Of a stretch of 64,000 bases of DNA, positions 1 through 13,409 are shown piece by piece. The stretch's first letter is position 1; each line of letters starts with the position of its first letter. The notes beneath the pieces were generated by a model. That model saw only the letters and a list, made by a program, of their open reading frames with translations. It did not search any database and was not told the origin of the DNA. Position numbers and translations under genes: made by a program. Source of the DNA: Eledone cirrhosa (taxonomy: Eukaryota); NCBI GenBank assembly GCA_964016885.1, contig OZ024745.1:29264001-29328000 (forward strand). The letters run 5' to 3'.

Positions 1-268
1 CCGGGTCCAAGTGTACCGTCTGTGTAGCGAGACCCAGATGTTTTTGCAACAGAACGACAACCCCACCCCCACCCCCGGGCTGACAGAGAGATGCGTGCAT
101 CTCAAAGTCATCAAAGGTGGGGGCTAGCTGTCGCATGCTGCTGATCCGGGCCTCGCAAATAACCATCACATTTATACATTGTGACCTGAGGTCATTTAGA
201 AGTTTAGCTTGCTTCCAAGGTGAGCCCAGGCCACGCGCATTTAGACAACCCACTCTTAACACAGCCAT
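1..268 (-). pseudogene. LINE ORF2 N-terminus, apurinic-like endonuclease (APE) domain, frameshifted near 120
   Basis: ATG at 268 gives MAVLRVGCLNARGLGSPWKQAKLLNDLRSQCINVMVICEARI. After a frameshift it reads ...GGGVVVLLQKHLGLATQTVHLDP, matching the APE motifs xNxxGL, E, GGVAIL and DPxGR. Confidence 0.75.
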
Positions 269-291
269 GTTGGTGGCAAAGAAAGAGGCAC

Positions 292-2079
292 TTACCTCTC
301 TGCGTTCCGGTGTTCGGGCCGCTCAGTTTCCATGGGGCTGGTGGAGGGGTTGTTGGGTGGGGTGGTGGTTTGTGGTGGTGTGGGGGTATTAGTGTGTGGA
401 GGGGTTGGGGTGTTTGGAGTTGTGTGGGTGTTTGAGGAGGGGAGGGGTAAACCTTTCAGGAGGACGCAGTCGAGTGACCTGGTGCAGGGTGGCCCCACGT
501 CCTCAGGGTAAATGTTTTTCAAAGTTTTGAAAATGTCAAGTGGGACTTTCACCATTTTCAGGTTAGGGAGTCCCATTGCCGTTGCAAAATTCGGCCCTTC
601 GGTTTGTACCGAAGGGTTGTTTTCTATTTTTTCCGTTAAGTTTTTATTGTTTTTGTTTATGTATGTGTAGAGTTTTTGTGTTGTTTGTTTTTGTTTATGT
701 ATGTGTAGAGTTTTTGTGTTGTTTGTTTTTGCTTGTTGTTCTTGCGTGAGTTTGCGTTTTGTTGTTTGTGTTGTGTTGTCAGGTGGGGTTATTTTTGTTT
801 GTGTGGTGTGTGTACGTTTTTTTCTTTTCACTTTTTGGAAGGGAGCCCCCTCGTCTTCCGACGATATGAGCTCCTCTTCCGTATTGGAGGGGAGGGGTAT
901 ATTTCCGGGTTGTGTATGAACTGTGTGTGTTTTTGAATTTGTGTTCTGTGGGGAGGGGCTGGGTGGGACCGTGTTTTGGGTTGTTTTCTTGAGCTGTTGT
1001 TGATGTTGTTGTTGTGGTGGTGGTGGTGGAGGTGGTGTTGTTGGTTTTTGTTGTCGTTGTGGTGGTGATGGTAGTGTATTTTGTTGTTTTTATCGTGGTG
1101 GTTGTTTTTGTTGTTGTTGTGGTGTTTGTAGCAGTGGTTTTTTTTGTTGTTAGTAGAGGGCAGGCCGTCCTCAGGTGACCTCTGCCAGCGCAGTGGTAAC
1201 ATGAGGGTCTCCTGCCTTCCACCGTAATATTTATGAAGGTTCGCCCATCCAGTAGGACTCAGTCGGGTATTCCGGCGATTTTCTCAGGTGTCATCTGTAA
1301 GAGAACCTCCAGACTTTTCCCCCCGAACAGTCCACTGGTGGACTCCCCTGCTGAAATAAGGATGTCCTTTTCTAGGTCCGTAAATCCTGTTAGGACGGAC
1401 CAGATGTTTACTTCTGGCGTTGGGCTCCACATTCTTATTCTTTGTGTTCTTCTTCCTTTATATGTGGGGAAGAAGGTGTATTGTGGTGACACTATAGGTG
1501 CCACCGAACATTTTTGAGCCAGCATTTCGTCCTTCATTCGGACCATAATGCTGGCATACAGCTTTCCTCTTTCAATAAAGAGTATGTCCTTTTTAATGTC
1601 TTTCAGAACCAGCTCAATTTGACTTTCTGTCAATTGAGCTGGCTTTCTTGTTGCGTTGGATATAGTCCTGTAGGTTATGGTATTCCTATATACCTGTTGA
1701 CGAACTTCTTCTGGGGAGTTGATCGTAAAAGAACCATCCTCCCCAAAAGATACGTATTTTCTGGCATCTAGCAAGTTTTGCTTAGCGTTAGTAATATCTA
1801 TGGGCTTGTATTCGATAGCTTTCCTGACCGTTTGGGCAAAAGAAATTTTGTTGTCTTTGTTGCTTGTTGTTGTAATGTTGTTGGTTTCATTATTTGTGGT
1901 GTTATTTTTTTCTTAAAAATTTAGGTTTTCATTCGAATTAATATTCTTTTTTTTTCATTGGAGAGGAGGGGCTGTTCAACAGTTTGAATTGTTGTTCCCT
2001 CTTTCTCGCTTATTTTTTTGGTAGGCGTGGCGTTAGCTTCCAATATGGCGATATCGTTTTCAACGATATCGATAAACAT
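292..2079 (-). pseudogene. LINE ORF1 (nucleic-acid binding, CCHC zinc knuckle), disrupted
   Basis: Frames 1259-1774 and 779-1222 are in phase across one TGA: GIPD*VLLDGRTFINITVEGRRPSCYHCAGRGHLRTACP (CX2CX4HX4C). Thr/Lys-rich tail, frameshifts in homopolymers, stop TAA at 292-294. Confidence 0.75.
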
Positions 2080-2517
2080 TTTTGAATTAAATATTTTTCA
2101 CCCTAAAAGGGGTGAAAATATATTTACCCTACGTCCACAGTCCCAGACTAGGGGTTAGAGTCAATAATAGTAACAAAATTCAAATAATACACTTACAAAT
2201 AACCAAGTAGTGATTAAAAATCGAAGAGCCGATGTGAAAGACGTCTACTATCAAAGACAGGCAGAGACAGACATACATACAGAGACATACAGGCAGAGAG
2301 ACAGACAGAGACAGAGAGAGACAGACAGTGGTGGTGTTATTGGCATTGCTATTGTCAGTGATGTTATGTTAGTGTTGTTGGTGTTGGTAGTCTCCTCTTC
2401 TGATGTTGTTACCTCATCCCTTATATATATAAATATTTGCTCTATGGGTTTATATATATATATTTTTATTATATATATAAACAATCCTTATTGAGCCCTC
2501 TTCAGATTTTGGTCTTT

Positions 2518-2946
2518 GTGGCTTAGTGGTTAGAGCATTGGGCCTGCAATCGAAAAGTTGTGAGTTCAATTCTCGGACCGGGTGATGTATTATTTCCTTG
2601 AGCAAGACACTTTATTTCACATTGCTCCAGTTAACTCAGCTGTAGAAATGAGATGATAGGGACTGGAGTCCCTATCATTCCACTGGAAAGTGGTCGTGGA
2701 GGTGCCACTGCAAAAAATCACCCAGTCCACACTGTAAAAGTCGACGTGTAGGCGCCACGGAAAAGAAAGCACCCAGCACTCACTGTAAATGAGGTTGGTG
2801 TTAGGAAGGGCATCCAGCTGTAGAAATCAAGCCAGAATCAGTTCCCGTATGAGCAAGACAAGGTCAGCCGACTGGACACTGCCTACAACAGGACAACCCG
2901 TCTGGCCCATGCTAGTGTGGAAGAACGGACGTAAAACGGTGATGAT
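2518..2946 (+). mobile_element. tRNA-derived SINE (tRNA head, CORE-like body, RTE-derived 3' tail)
   Basis: A box tggcttagtgg, B box gagttcaattc, body ccttgagcaagacactttatttcacattgctccag, 3' half nearly identical to the RTE 3'UTR at 54245-54503, (GAT)n end. Confidence 0.85.
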
Positions 2947-3774
2947 ATATATATATATATATTTATGCACACACACATACGTTTACATGTAAATATAAAG
3001 TCCCATTGTTCTCGACTCTCTATCCAACATATCTCCTCCACTACCACCATATCCCTACCTTCCACATACATGTCATCAATCTGGGTCATTTTGGTTGTTC
3101 TCTTACATGACCCCCCCCCCCCCCATGAAATATCCATAATCTTCTCTGATACTCCATTTTTTTCATTCCAAAGAATTTCTACAGTCCTTGTAGGTGATAG
3201 ACTATGTTACTTTGGTGACTTAATTAGTATTAGAGGAGGTGGAACAAAGTGGAAAATATTCAGAGAGCTACTACCTCTGTTGGCAACAAAGGGATGGAGT
3301 TGATAGCTTCCTTAGTGTTGACAGCTTCTCTAGTGCTGGTTCCATGATAAAATGCCCATTGTTAAGTGGTTGGCATAAGGAAGGGCATTCACCCGTGGAA
3401 ACCAAGCCAAAATATGGAACATATGAACAGGATATGGTTTTCTGATCATATTTTGTCTTCGACAACTCATACAGTTACTCCAATTCATTAACTGAAAATT
3501 AATACCAACTACAACTAGAGGAGTTAAACTTAAAATGAACTGGCAGAGTTCAGAGCTAAATTGTGTACTTTCAGGTACTTAAAGCCAATGAAACTGGTAT
3601 AAGCTCTGGCCTTATCAACCTCTGGGCTTGTGACAGACTTTTAAGTGACTCTAAGTCCAGGTGGTGGTAGTAGTCAAGGTGAGGTGATATACAAAGTAAG
3701 ATGGCCATGGCTAAGGGAAATTTGACAGTAGGTTAAGTTTTATCCTAGCTTGCCTGGGGCTAAATAACAACATT

Positions 3775-3940
3775 GGCGCACAGCTTAGTGGTTAGAGCAT
3801 TGGACTTGCAATCGAAAGGTTGTGAGTTCAATTCTCGAACCGGGTGATGTGTTGTTTCCTTGAGCAAGACACTTTATTTCACGTTTCTCCAGTTTACTCA
3901 GCTGTAGAAATGAGATGATAGGAGTGGGGTTCCTATCATT
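3775..3940 (+). mobile_element. 5' half of the same tRNA-SINE family
   Basis: Same head and body as 2518-2680. Confidence 0.75.
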
Positions 3941-4334
3941 AAATCACCCAATACACTTCCAACGAGATATACCTTGGAGGAGGCCAGCTAAACCTGCATA
4001 GGTGTGAGCTGTCACACACACACAAATAACAACATTAGTCACATACCTGTCTAGGTTAATCCCCTACAACCTGCAGTTAATCAGGTTAAATAGTATTGGT
4101 AGTTGTGGTAGCGGTGATACCTATTACATAACCAAATACCATTTCTAGAGAGATATACCAGTTCATATGTACTAATACTGATTTGAACGTGATTGTATTG
4201 ATACTTTAATACTTAGAGGTGGGGAAGTTGGGTGGGGTGGAGAGAGAAAGACAACAACATAAAGTGAACAAAGAAAGATCAATGTGCCCCTTCCCTACTC
4301 TCTACTAGTTCACTGTTTAGTCACTAATTCACCA

Positions 4335-4385
<51 letters not shown>

Positions 4386-4416
4386 CTGTAGTAACGATAA
4401 TGGAATCTTGGCTGGC

Positions 4417-4462
<46 letters not shown>

Positions 4463-4494
4463 GCTGTAGTAACGATAATGGAATCTTGGCTGGA

Positions 4495-4545
<51 letters not shown>

Positions 4546-5629
4546 TAGCATGGAAGATAGATGTTAATCGATGATGATATATATATATATACACTATACA
4601 AACGCACATACATGTGTGTGTATATATCTTTATATATATACTATTGAAGTTAACTTTGCCTTTCATCCTTTTGAGGTCAATAAATAAAGTACCAGCACTG
4701 TACTGGGGTCGATTCTTCCTCTATTTCAGTTTATCTCTCTCTCACTCTCTGGAAGAGGTTCTGATCTAGAGGGGGGCTGCGTGCCACCAGGTTTAAAATG
4801 TCCACATTACATTGTGTGTCATGATGGTGTCGCTATGACTCCACCAACATTTAAAGGTCCCTTACGTTACTTTATATTTATGTATGTATGATGAACCAAG
4901 GAATAAGTCATTTCCTTCGTTACAGGACATGCTAGAAGTGACAGTGTAATCTTTCCCAAATCATATTTTCTGTGTTGTATGTGTGAATAAATGAATGAAC
5001 CAATCAACCAACGAAACCTCTACTTTGTAGCAAGACATGTTAGAAATAGCAGCGAAATCTCCCTCAAATCACACCCAGGTATTACTTGGTACAATAAACA
5101 GAACTTATCTACGTGAATTTTTCAATTTCTGATAAGTAGAATCTGTATTTTAAAAAAAAATATAATTTCGCTTCTGCAAATATCTTTATTTTTTTTTGGT
5201 TGTTTAGTCAAGGAGGGAAGGGCAGTACACTGACCCTTTTCACACCCTCTGCGACTGGTAGGAGGGTGATAGAACGCTGTGTTAAGTCTACCACCCAGAT
5301 AAGTCACAGCCGAATTTGAACTCAGAATACAAAGTTTCTTGATGTTTCATTTCTAGCAGCTGCATAGAGAGAGAGGTTTGGTTGCTATTTCTAGCAACCA
5401 CATGGGTGTTTTCTATTTGACTGTAGTGGGGGTGGAAGTGAGACTGTATATTTATACAGCTGTAGTTTTTATGACAGCAATTCATTCACTAGAATGTTGA
5501 CAGTATAGTACACTCATGTACTCACACACATACACACACACATAATTATTATATAATAACCAAATATACACCCCCATCCCACTACCCCTACTCCACCCCC
5601 ACCTCCATCAACACCACCCCTTTCTCTGT

Positions 5630-5908
5630 AAAGTTATGTTGGTACCACAACATCCAGTCCTAAATAAATGAGGTTGTGTAGGTGTTACGACAAAAAAACT
5701 ACACAGTCCATGCTGTAATGTGGCCATGTAGGTAACACGGTAAAAACCACCCAGTCCACACTGTAAACGTGGTTGGTGTTAGGAAGGGCATCCAGCCATA
5801 GAAAACCTGTCAGTCCCATACGAGCGAGATGACCAATCTTGCCTCAAGTGGGACAATTCCCGTCTAAACCCATGCTAGCATAGAAGATAGACGTTAAACG
5901 ATGATGAT
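5630..5908 (+). mobile_element. RTE LINE 3'UTR fragment (subfamily 1)
   Basis: Matches 31725-32030 and 44535-44835; ends in (GAT)n. Confidence 0.8.
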
Positions 5909-5917
5909 ATATATATA

Positions 5918-6292
5918 TCATCATCATCATTTTACATCCACTTTTCCCTGCTTGCAAGGGTGGGACGGGAACTGATTTTTGGCTTGATTTCTATAGCTGG
6001 ATGCCCTTCCTAACACCAACCTCATTTACGGTGAGTGCTGGGTGGTTTTTTCCATGGCACCTACATGTCCACTTTACAGTGTGGGCTGGGTGCTTTGTTT
6101 ACCGTGGCACCTCCACGACCACTTTGCAGTGGAATGATATGGACCCCAGTCCTATCATCTCATTTCTACAGCTGAGTAAACTGGAGCAATGTGAAATAAA
6201 GTGTCTTGCTCAAGGAAACAACACATCACCCGATCTGAGAATTAAACTCACAACCTTTCGATTGCAAGGCCAATGCTCTAACCACTAAGCCA
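5918..6292 (-). mobile_element. tRNA-SINE, short-tail variant, tail-to-tail with the RTE tail
   Basis: Reverse-strand copy matching 62035-62403 and the complement of 60716-61008. Confidence 0.85.
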
Positions 6293-7293
6293 TATATAAT
6301 AAGAAAATGCGAAGTAGTTTCAGATGTTAAAGTCCTTTATTGATAAGGCAGTGATACATATTTCAATGACAACTGGTCACACGACATATATATGTTTTGA
6401 AGATTTCCAAAGAATCTAGGTACACACCTGTTTTAATACTTGATGCAATCACCTAGTCTATAGGATGAAATGGAAGTATTGTGTAATGCAGGGAATATAC
6501 ATGTTATTCTGTTGGTACTGTAAATACAGGAACACAATTTTATATGATGAACTGGGGGATTCAAATATAAAGTATACTAAAAGAAAAATATATATAGTTC
6601 AGTATAACATCTGTTTATTATGTAACAACTGATTCTGTAACAATCCTGCCCACAGCTGCAGTGTTATATAATGATTTTCCCAATGGAAATTGTTTAACTA
6701 TTTGTAACTGGACTTGAAAGAATTTTATACAATGGGATTGATTTCAGACTCAATATGTCACTGACTATAACAATGCTGTTATGGTTGGCACACTGTATTC
6801 TTGAGCAAGACACTTCATTTCATGTTGCTTTTCATGATAGGACTAGGGTTCCTATCATTAAAACACTTGAGAAACCTCCTATGAGATACAACCTTGTAGG
6901 TGGCCAGCTTAACCTACATAAGTATGAGCTGTAACAACATGATAAAACTGGGGCTCCTATCATTAAAACACCAAGCAACCTCCTATGAGATTGCATCTCA
7001 TAGGAAGTTAGCTAAATATACATTTGGGGAGCTGTAAATTTCATTTTTTTTTTTTTCTTTTAAAATGGTTGAGATAATCAACTAAGTTCCTTGAAAGTTG
7101 AACCCTTGAAAGTCGTACTGAAAAGAGATAAAGAAACACACACACACTTTATAGAGCAGTAATTATTTCAATGGAATGTCAACAATATAATACACACACA
7201 CACATTTATACATATAATACTTACACACTTAATGATGCAGGTTTTATATAGCATTAGTTTGTACAATAGATTGAGGATACTATTATCTCTTAC

Positions 7294-7326
<33 letters not shown>

Positions 7327-7333
7327 AAGCATA

Positions 7334-7375
<42 letters not shown>

Positions 7376-7630
7376 CACACACACATGCTTCATACATACA
7401 CACATATATATACACATATGCTTCATACATACACATATACTTTGTAAAATTATTATTTATGGTCATACACGGAACCAAAAGCACTACACACACGTATCAA
7501 CACCTACAAAAGCATACATTTACACACAGTTTCACAGAAACGTATATTTCCATGTACACACACACACGCACACGCACACGCACACGCACACACACACACA
7601 CACACATACATACATACATACATACATACA

Positions 7631-7662
<32 letters not shown>

Positions 7663-7899
7663 ATTTCTGCACAGTTGTTCACACATATTTATATATGCAC
7701 TGAAACACACCCATATATACATACATATACTAACATACGTAAGTATATATATGTAATCATGTATCCCACGCACACTGAGGCAAATGTTTATACATACTCT
7801 CTTTCAGGCACATACTTCTGTAATTGTACATATAATTACACATACAAACATTTATGTGTGTATATATATATACATATATATATAGAATGTATATGACAT

Positions 7900-8170
7900 G
7901 TGGTTCTCCGACTTGTCTCTCCTTGGGTGGAATTTAATGTTCATGCCAACATCATTTTGGTAATATTAATGGAATGTTTTCCATGTCATACAGATGATAT
8001 AATACTCATTGTGGTTTTGAGGAGATCCCAGTAATCAAGGGTGTCGGCTATTTTTTTGTAATTGGCCTCTGAGCTGCTTCTATTTTGATAATACTTTGTT
8101 TCATATGGGAAGACCACAGCAGGCAAAACCAACAGTATTTGAGGTGGTGCTGAGTAAAGGTCGAATAGAG
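7900..8170 (-). mobile_element. Old CR1/L2-like LINE RT C-terminal relic
   Basis: Degenerate minus-strand translation ..QSIIKIEAAQRPITKKIADTLDYWDLLK.. resembles the IxxLExVQRxxTxxI...LxYxERL motif. Confidence 0.45.
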
Positions 8171-8328
8171 AAGGATAATGGTATGAATATGTTTAGACTG
8201 GAAAATTCTAAGGATTGAAGGAATATATCCTGCCAGCCATGTTAACTTTGTGTAGCACTTATGACTACATTGGAGAGAATTTCAACTGTTTGAGCTGACT
8301 CCAGTTATCAAGACATATATATATATAT

Positions 8329-8749
8329 AACGAAGCAAGTGTGGTAAGGAACCAGATGGACCATAACGCACCAGAGTACTCAATACTTAGGGTAGTAGAG
8401 TGGGTAATAGGAAAATGTTAAATCCCGACAGCAGAGCTCAAGCAGTTTTGACAGCTATTTCTGGACTGGTGGGTGTAATGAAACTAGAGCTGGGTGGAAA
8501 AGTCGGGATAAGGCGTGGTAGGGTCGGAAAGTGCTCTACTACGGAGGTAGGAGCTAGATAACGAAGGAAGTGTGGTAAGGAACCAGATGGACCATAACGC
8601 ACCAGAGTACTCAATACGTAGGGTAGTAGAGTGGGTAATAGGAAAATATTAAACCCTGACGGCAGAGCTCAAGCCATTTCAACGGTTTTTTCTGGACTGA
8701 AATAGCCGTTGAAACAGCTTGAGCTCTGCCGTCGGGGTTTAACATTTTG

Positions 8750-8752
<3 letters not shown>
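8329..8752 (-). mobile_element. Non-autonomous PLE-like element: two tandem ~140-bp units plus an inverted partial unit
   Basis: 8329-8467 is repeated at 8559-8698, and 8699-8752 is an inverted copy. Flanked by (TA)n. Same family as 40931-41125 and 54541-54729. Confidence 0.65.
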
Positions 8753-8799
<47 letters not shown>

Positions 8800-8802
<3 letters not shown>

Positions 8803-8996
8803 AGAGTCAGGACCTTGGCGGCTGAGCTCTTGATGTTTCAACAGCTAGTTCCAGTCTGGAACTAGCTGTTGAAACAGCAAGAGCTCAGCCGTCGAGGTCC
8901 CAACTTTTTATAATATAACCATACTCTACTACCCCAAGTATCGAGTACTCGTTTGAGTAATGGTCTAACCAGTTTCAAACTGAATCCATTCGGACT

Positions 8997-8997
<1 letters not shown>
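8800..8997 (+). mobile_element. Diverged member of the same fold-back family
   Basis: Inverted arms centred on ttccagtctggaa, then a tail ctctactaccccaagtatcgagtact homologous to 41055-41080. Confidence 0.6.
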
Positions 8998-9028
<31 letters not shown>

Positions 9029-10207
9029 TTCCAAACTTCCACACATAAAACCATATCAAAACAGGAATCACATTCAACATCCTTAAATGCTCTTTTTATC
9101 TTATCTTAAATATCTATTTAAACTTACGACAATAAAACTGCAACCACTATCTATAAAAACATTTTATCTCCAGCAGGACAGTCCCAATCTACTCACAACA
9201 ATAAAAGAACAGTGTATAGACTCTTTGTCACCAGTAATAATAAAATACCAAACAAAGGTGCAATAATGTAGATGCTGGAATAAATAAATCCATTATCTCT
9301 GAACCTTAATATAATATACATTAATAACAATTATCTCAACTTTACTAAAAAAGTGAAGACACACTCCTACCTGCTATAAACCATTAAACACTTTGGATAT
9401 GCCATATGTTAATTTTGCCTGAATACTGCTGTTTACGCAATGGCTATATAATTTCTTGAATCCAATATGCTGATTAGACCACTATCTTTATCAAGAGTCT
9501 CTTACTAATTCTCAAACAATGATTGATCTTCTACCACAATGCCCAACTACTGGTTTATCTCTGCAGAATTACCCAACTTTGGCTCCAAATTTTATTTACC
9601 AACCAAAGAGCTGTAAAATGCATATTTTTTTCAACACAGTGCTCAGTAGTTTTGTGAATTATATAATCCCGCTCTAGAGTAGGTCATTGTGCAATAATAG
9701 CAAAACATGTGGAAAGGGTTATCCAATAAAAAACAACTCCACAGCCTTTGTAATAATTCCACCATCCCCTGCTCACTATTTATATACACTGGTGATCTAC
9801 ATGATAAGCACACCCAGTACACACTGTTAAGTGGTTGGTGATAGGAAGGGTATCCAGCTGTAGAAAGCTTTCCAAACAAAGGGTTGGGAGGACCCTTTAG
9901 TTGTGTCAAAGACATTACAACCTCTCCTGTGCACTTGGTACAACATGAGACTATGTAAGCGAGATGCAGATTCCTGGCCTGTCTGGGAAATCAGTAGCTC
10001 ACTTCAATACTGACTTGGTCTATGTAGACCCGTCCAACCGTTGCTAGCTGGGAAAGTGGACATTAAAACAATGGTGATGATGATATATATATATATATAT
10101 ATAGTTATATCTGTATCTATAGACGGTATCAATGTGTATTTTTAATATGTAGACATGTAAACATGCCAGAAAATACGAATTTCCCTGTAAATTGAGAAAA
10201 TGATAAA

Positions 10208-10254
10208 TACCTTTAATTTATTTTTAGATCTAGTTGGGTCCTCATCAGAAGGTG
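10208..10254 (-). ncRNA. Degenerate minimal hammerhead ribozyme (GAAA mutated to AAAA) within a short repeat at about 10103-10345
   Basis: Minus strand: acacctt CTGATGA ggacccaactagatct AAAA ataaatTA aaggtat. Paralog of 27521-27569. Confidence 0.5.
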
Positions 10255-10351
10255 TGTAAATCATCTTAACAGCCACAAGGAAACATATATATAATGGACT
10301 TATATATCTATTGACTCTTAGTAGTATTTCTGAAATGGACGAACTAAGTTG

Positions 10352-10710
10352 CATCATCATCATCATCATCATGATTTAATGTCTGTTTTCCACACTTGAA
10401 TGGGTTAGATAGATTGTCATGTTATGTGATTAGTCAGGTCAGGTGACCATATCTTGCTTATACAGATCTATTTTTTTGGCTTGGTTTCTACAGCTGGATG
10501 CCCTTCCTAACATCAATCACATAAGTGTGGACTGGGTGCTTTTTTATCATGTCACCAGCATGATCACCTTACAGGGTGGACTGGATGTTTTTGTTGTGAA
10601 ACCAGCACTATCACCTTACAGGGTGGATTGGGTGTTTTTGTTATGAAACCAGCACTATCACTTTACAGAGTGGACTGGGTAGTTTTGTTGTGAAACCAGC
10701 ACTATTATAG
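10352..10710 (-). mobile_element. RTE-tail/SINE derivative with about four tandem 48-bp modules
   Basis: (CAT)n start, ctacagctggatgcccttcctaac motif, repeated acagggtggactggg...accagcactatcac. Confidence 0.7.
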
Positions 10711-10795
10711 TACACACACATTCACATATGTATTTATTTAGTGTTGATGTTTGTGAGAAAAGTACTTAAAACCATAGTAGAGATTAAGTTTTTTT

Positions 10796-10944
10796 AAGGT
10801 TTAGTCAGTGTCCTGTTAATCTGGAGTTTTCTCTTGCATGTTTACATGGTTATAAGACATTTTGAATTTCATGGGTGTATAACTGTATAACCCTGTAAAC
10901 ATACAGGAGAAATACCAGAGTAACAGGGCATTGATTTGAGCTTA
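10796..10944. repeat. Degenerate inverted repeat (about 57-bp arms)
   Basis: taaggtttagtcagtgtcctgttaatctgg...catgtttacatggttata versus tataaccctgtaaacat...ccagagtaacagggcattgatttgagctta. Confidence 0.65.
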
Positions 10945-11099
10945 ATAAAATATTTTATATATATATTTATATCATCAGTTCTGTAGGAACAAGACACGGT
11001 CATCTGATCTGGCTTATCTCACAATGGGACAACTCGTCTAACCCATGCTTGCATTAAAAAATGGATGTTAAATAGTGATGATAATTATCCTCATCATAT

Positions 11100-11530
11100 A
11101 TCTATTTTTCCATACTTACATGGGTTTGATGTCTCTATTCCAACACAGCCTTCCTCTGCTGTAGCTTTCTTTCACTAAGAACTCTTGGCACTTCTTCACT
11201 CAATGATCATAATACATATGTATCACATGCCCATACCAGTACAGTCTTCCCTCTTGCACTCTAGATTTGATTCCTCTTATGCCTAGCTTTTCTCTCAGCT
11301 CTCCATACTTGGCTACTCATTCGTATTAACATCACACCTTCATTGGATTATTCTCACTTTATTTCTCTCTAACCTTCACATATCCTCTCCATTTGTTGTG
11401 CATGTTTCACTCCCATGCAACGTTGCACTTCACGTGCAGGCATCATACAGCCAATCTTTTGTTTGTAGAGAGAGAAACTTTTGTTGTTAAGAGTGGTAGT
11501 AGCTCCTTAGATGTCTTCCCTCCTATACAG
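11100..11530 (-). mobile_element. Old RTE LINE RT C-terminal relic
   Basis: Minus strand encodes remnants of LYDACT.SATLHGSET and RLYWYGHV. Confidence 0.7.
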
Positions 11531-13409
11531 ATAGCATGGAAGCAGTGAATTGGCAGTCATTAGAATGTCAGATAGAATGCTTTGAAGTATTTGTGCTGGC
11601 TGTCTGTGCTCTGAAGTCAACTTTGCCTTTCATCCTTTCAAGGTTGATAAAAAAAGTACCAGTCTAGTATTGGGGTTGATTAATCATCTATACCTCTTTC
11701 TCACTTCCTTTCTCTCACTCTCTATCTTTCTCTGGAAGAAATCTGCTGGGTTCAGATCTGGAGAGGAGATGGGCTTCCCCAGGTTTTAGAAAAATGCACA
11801 GAAAAATTCCATATGTCAATATGGCGTCCCTGTGGCTCCATCAAAAGTTACAAGTCCATAAATACACAGTGTGGAAAGCAAAAGTATCCATAAAATGAAG
11901 ATGATTATGGTACACATCTGTGTGAGAGTGTATATCACCACATAGCTGTTGTAGTTCTAATATAGGTCAACATTGCACTGAAAATCAAAAATAATCAAAG
12001 AAATCCTATGAGATAAGGATTTATAGCCAGCTGTTGTGGTGGACACATTAATTTTAGCAGTTGTTCATGTTTAGGAGTAGTAGTGGTAGGGGGAGGAGAA
12101 AGGGACACTGTACATAGCTCTCTTCTAAATATATTTTGTTTCTTGGATACGGGTGATGATAGATGATATGTGGATATAATGTTTAGTGGGTTTTAGTGTT
12201 TGCAGTTTGGGTTGAACTGACCAGTGTGGTAGTGGTGGTGTATGCCTGTCTTTATGTGAATGCTTAATATATATTTATATCTTTATAATAAAACACATTG
12301 TTAAGTTACAACCACTCTGTGCTAGATTTACTTGGGAAATGGTAATGGTAATTTGATAGCTTCTTCCCTATCTCTCTCACAGTGTTGACAAGATGGTCAG
12401 TTGTTGAGTAGCAGCCATTTATAGTTATCTACCTATGTATTTATCTTCGGACAATAAAAACAACTATTTATCTGGTTGTCTGCTAAACTGTCTGTCAACC
12501 CATCCATCTACATAACTGTCTATGTATGTTCCTACATAATTATCTATCTCTTGGTCTGTCTATCAAACTATTTGTATGTTTACCAATATATCCATTTTTG
12601 GACATGAACAACAATGCATAAATTTGAATAGCAATCCAAAGACAGACAGGTATATAGACAGATAGATAGGTATATAGACAGATAGGTAGGTAGAGAAATA
12701 GGTGTATAGGTAGATAGATATATAGAGAGATAGAGGGATAAGTAGGTAGAGAAATAGATAGAACTAAGTCATTGTAATATAGTACGTATATGTTTGATAA
12801 TGATTAAAGAAAATATGAAAAAGAAATTATAATATAATATCAATAATAATAATAATAACAACAACAGTAATAATGACAACAACAACAACAATAACAACTA
12901 TAAAAATAATAATGCCTACAACAACAATAATAATAACTATAATAATAATGACAAAGACAATGGTTAATAAAGTGAAAGGTTTTTGCTGCCTGCAATAACA
13001 ATAAAATGAGATTTATTGAAGAATTAAGAAAACCTTTATTTGAAGATTAACTTTTGTTCTGGTGCAACATTACCGGTTGTTGTTGTTGTACTTCTAGTAG
13101 TAGTAGTAGTAGTTATATGTTACTATAGTGGTAGTAGTTGTTGTTGTTGCTTTTGTAGTAGTAGTAGTAGTAGTTATTGCCTGTTATTATAGTGATAGTA
13201 GTTGTTATAGTTGTTGCTGTAGTTACTGTTGCTTTTTATAGTAGTAGTAGTAGTAGTAGTAGTAGTTATAGTTGTTGCTGTTGTTGTAATAGTTATTGTA
13301 TGTTGTTATAGTAGTAGTAGTTACAATAGTCACTGTTTAGAAATTTGTCTCCAAAGAACCCCCCCCCAATAAAAAATGGAAGATAAAAGCATCTTGTAAT
13401 CTTTAATTC

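Larger units (their letters stand above)
1..2250 (-). mobile_element. L1/Tx1-like non-LTR retrotransposon, 5' part (5'UTR, ORF1, start of ORF2), runs off the left edge
   Basis: ORF1 with a gag-type zinc knuckle is followed 24 bp later by an APE-type ORF2 start. The 5' end abuts a (GACA/GA)n microsatellite at about 2256. Confidence 0.8.

Noticed and set aside
3775-3845. tRNA gene
   Set aside because: The acceptor stem is not formed and the sequence continues into the SINE body; it is a SINE head.
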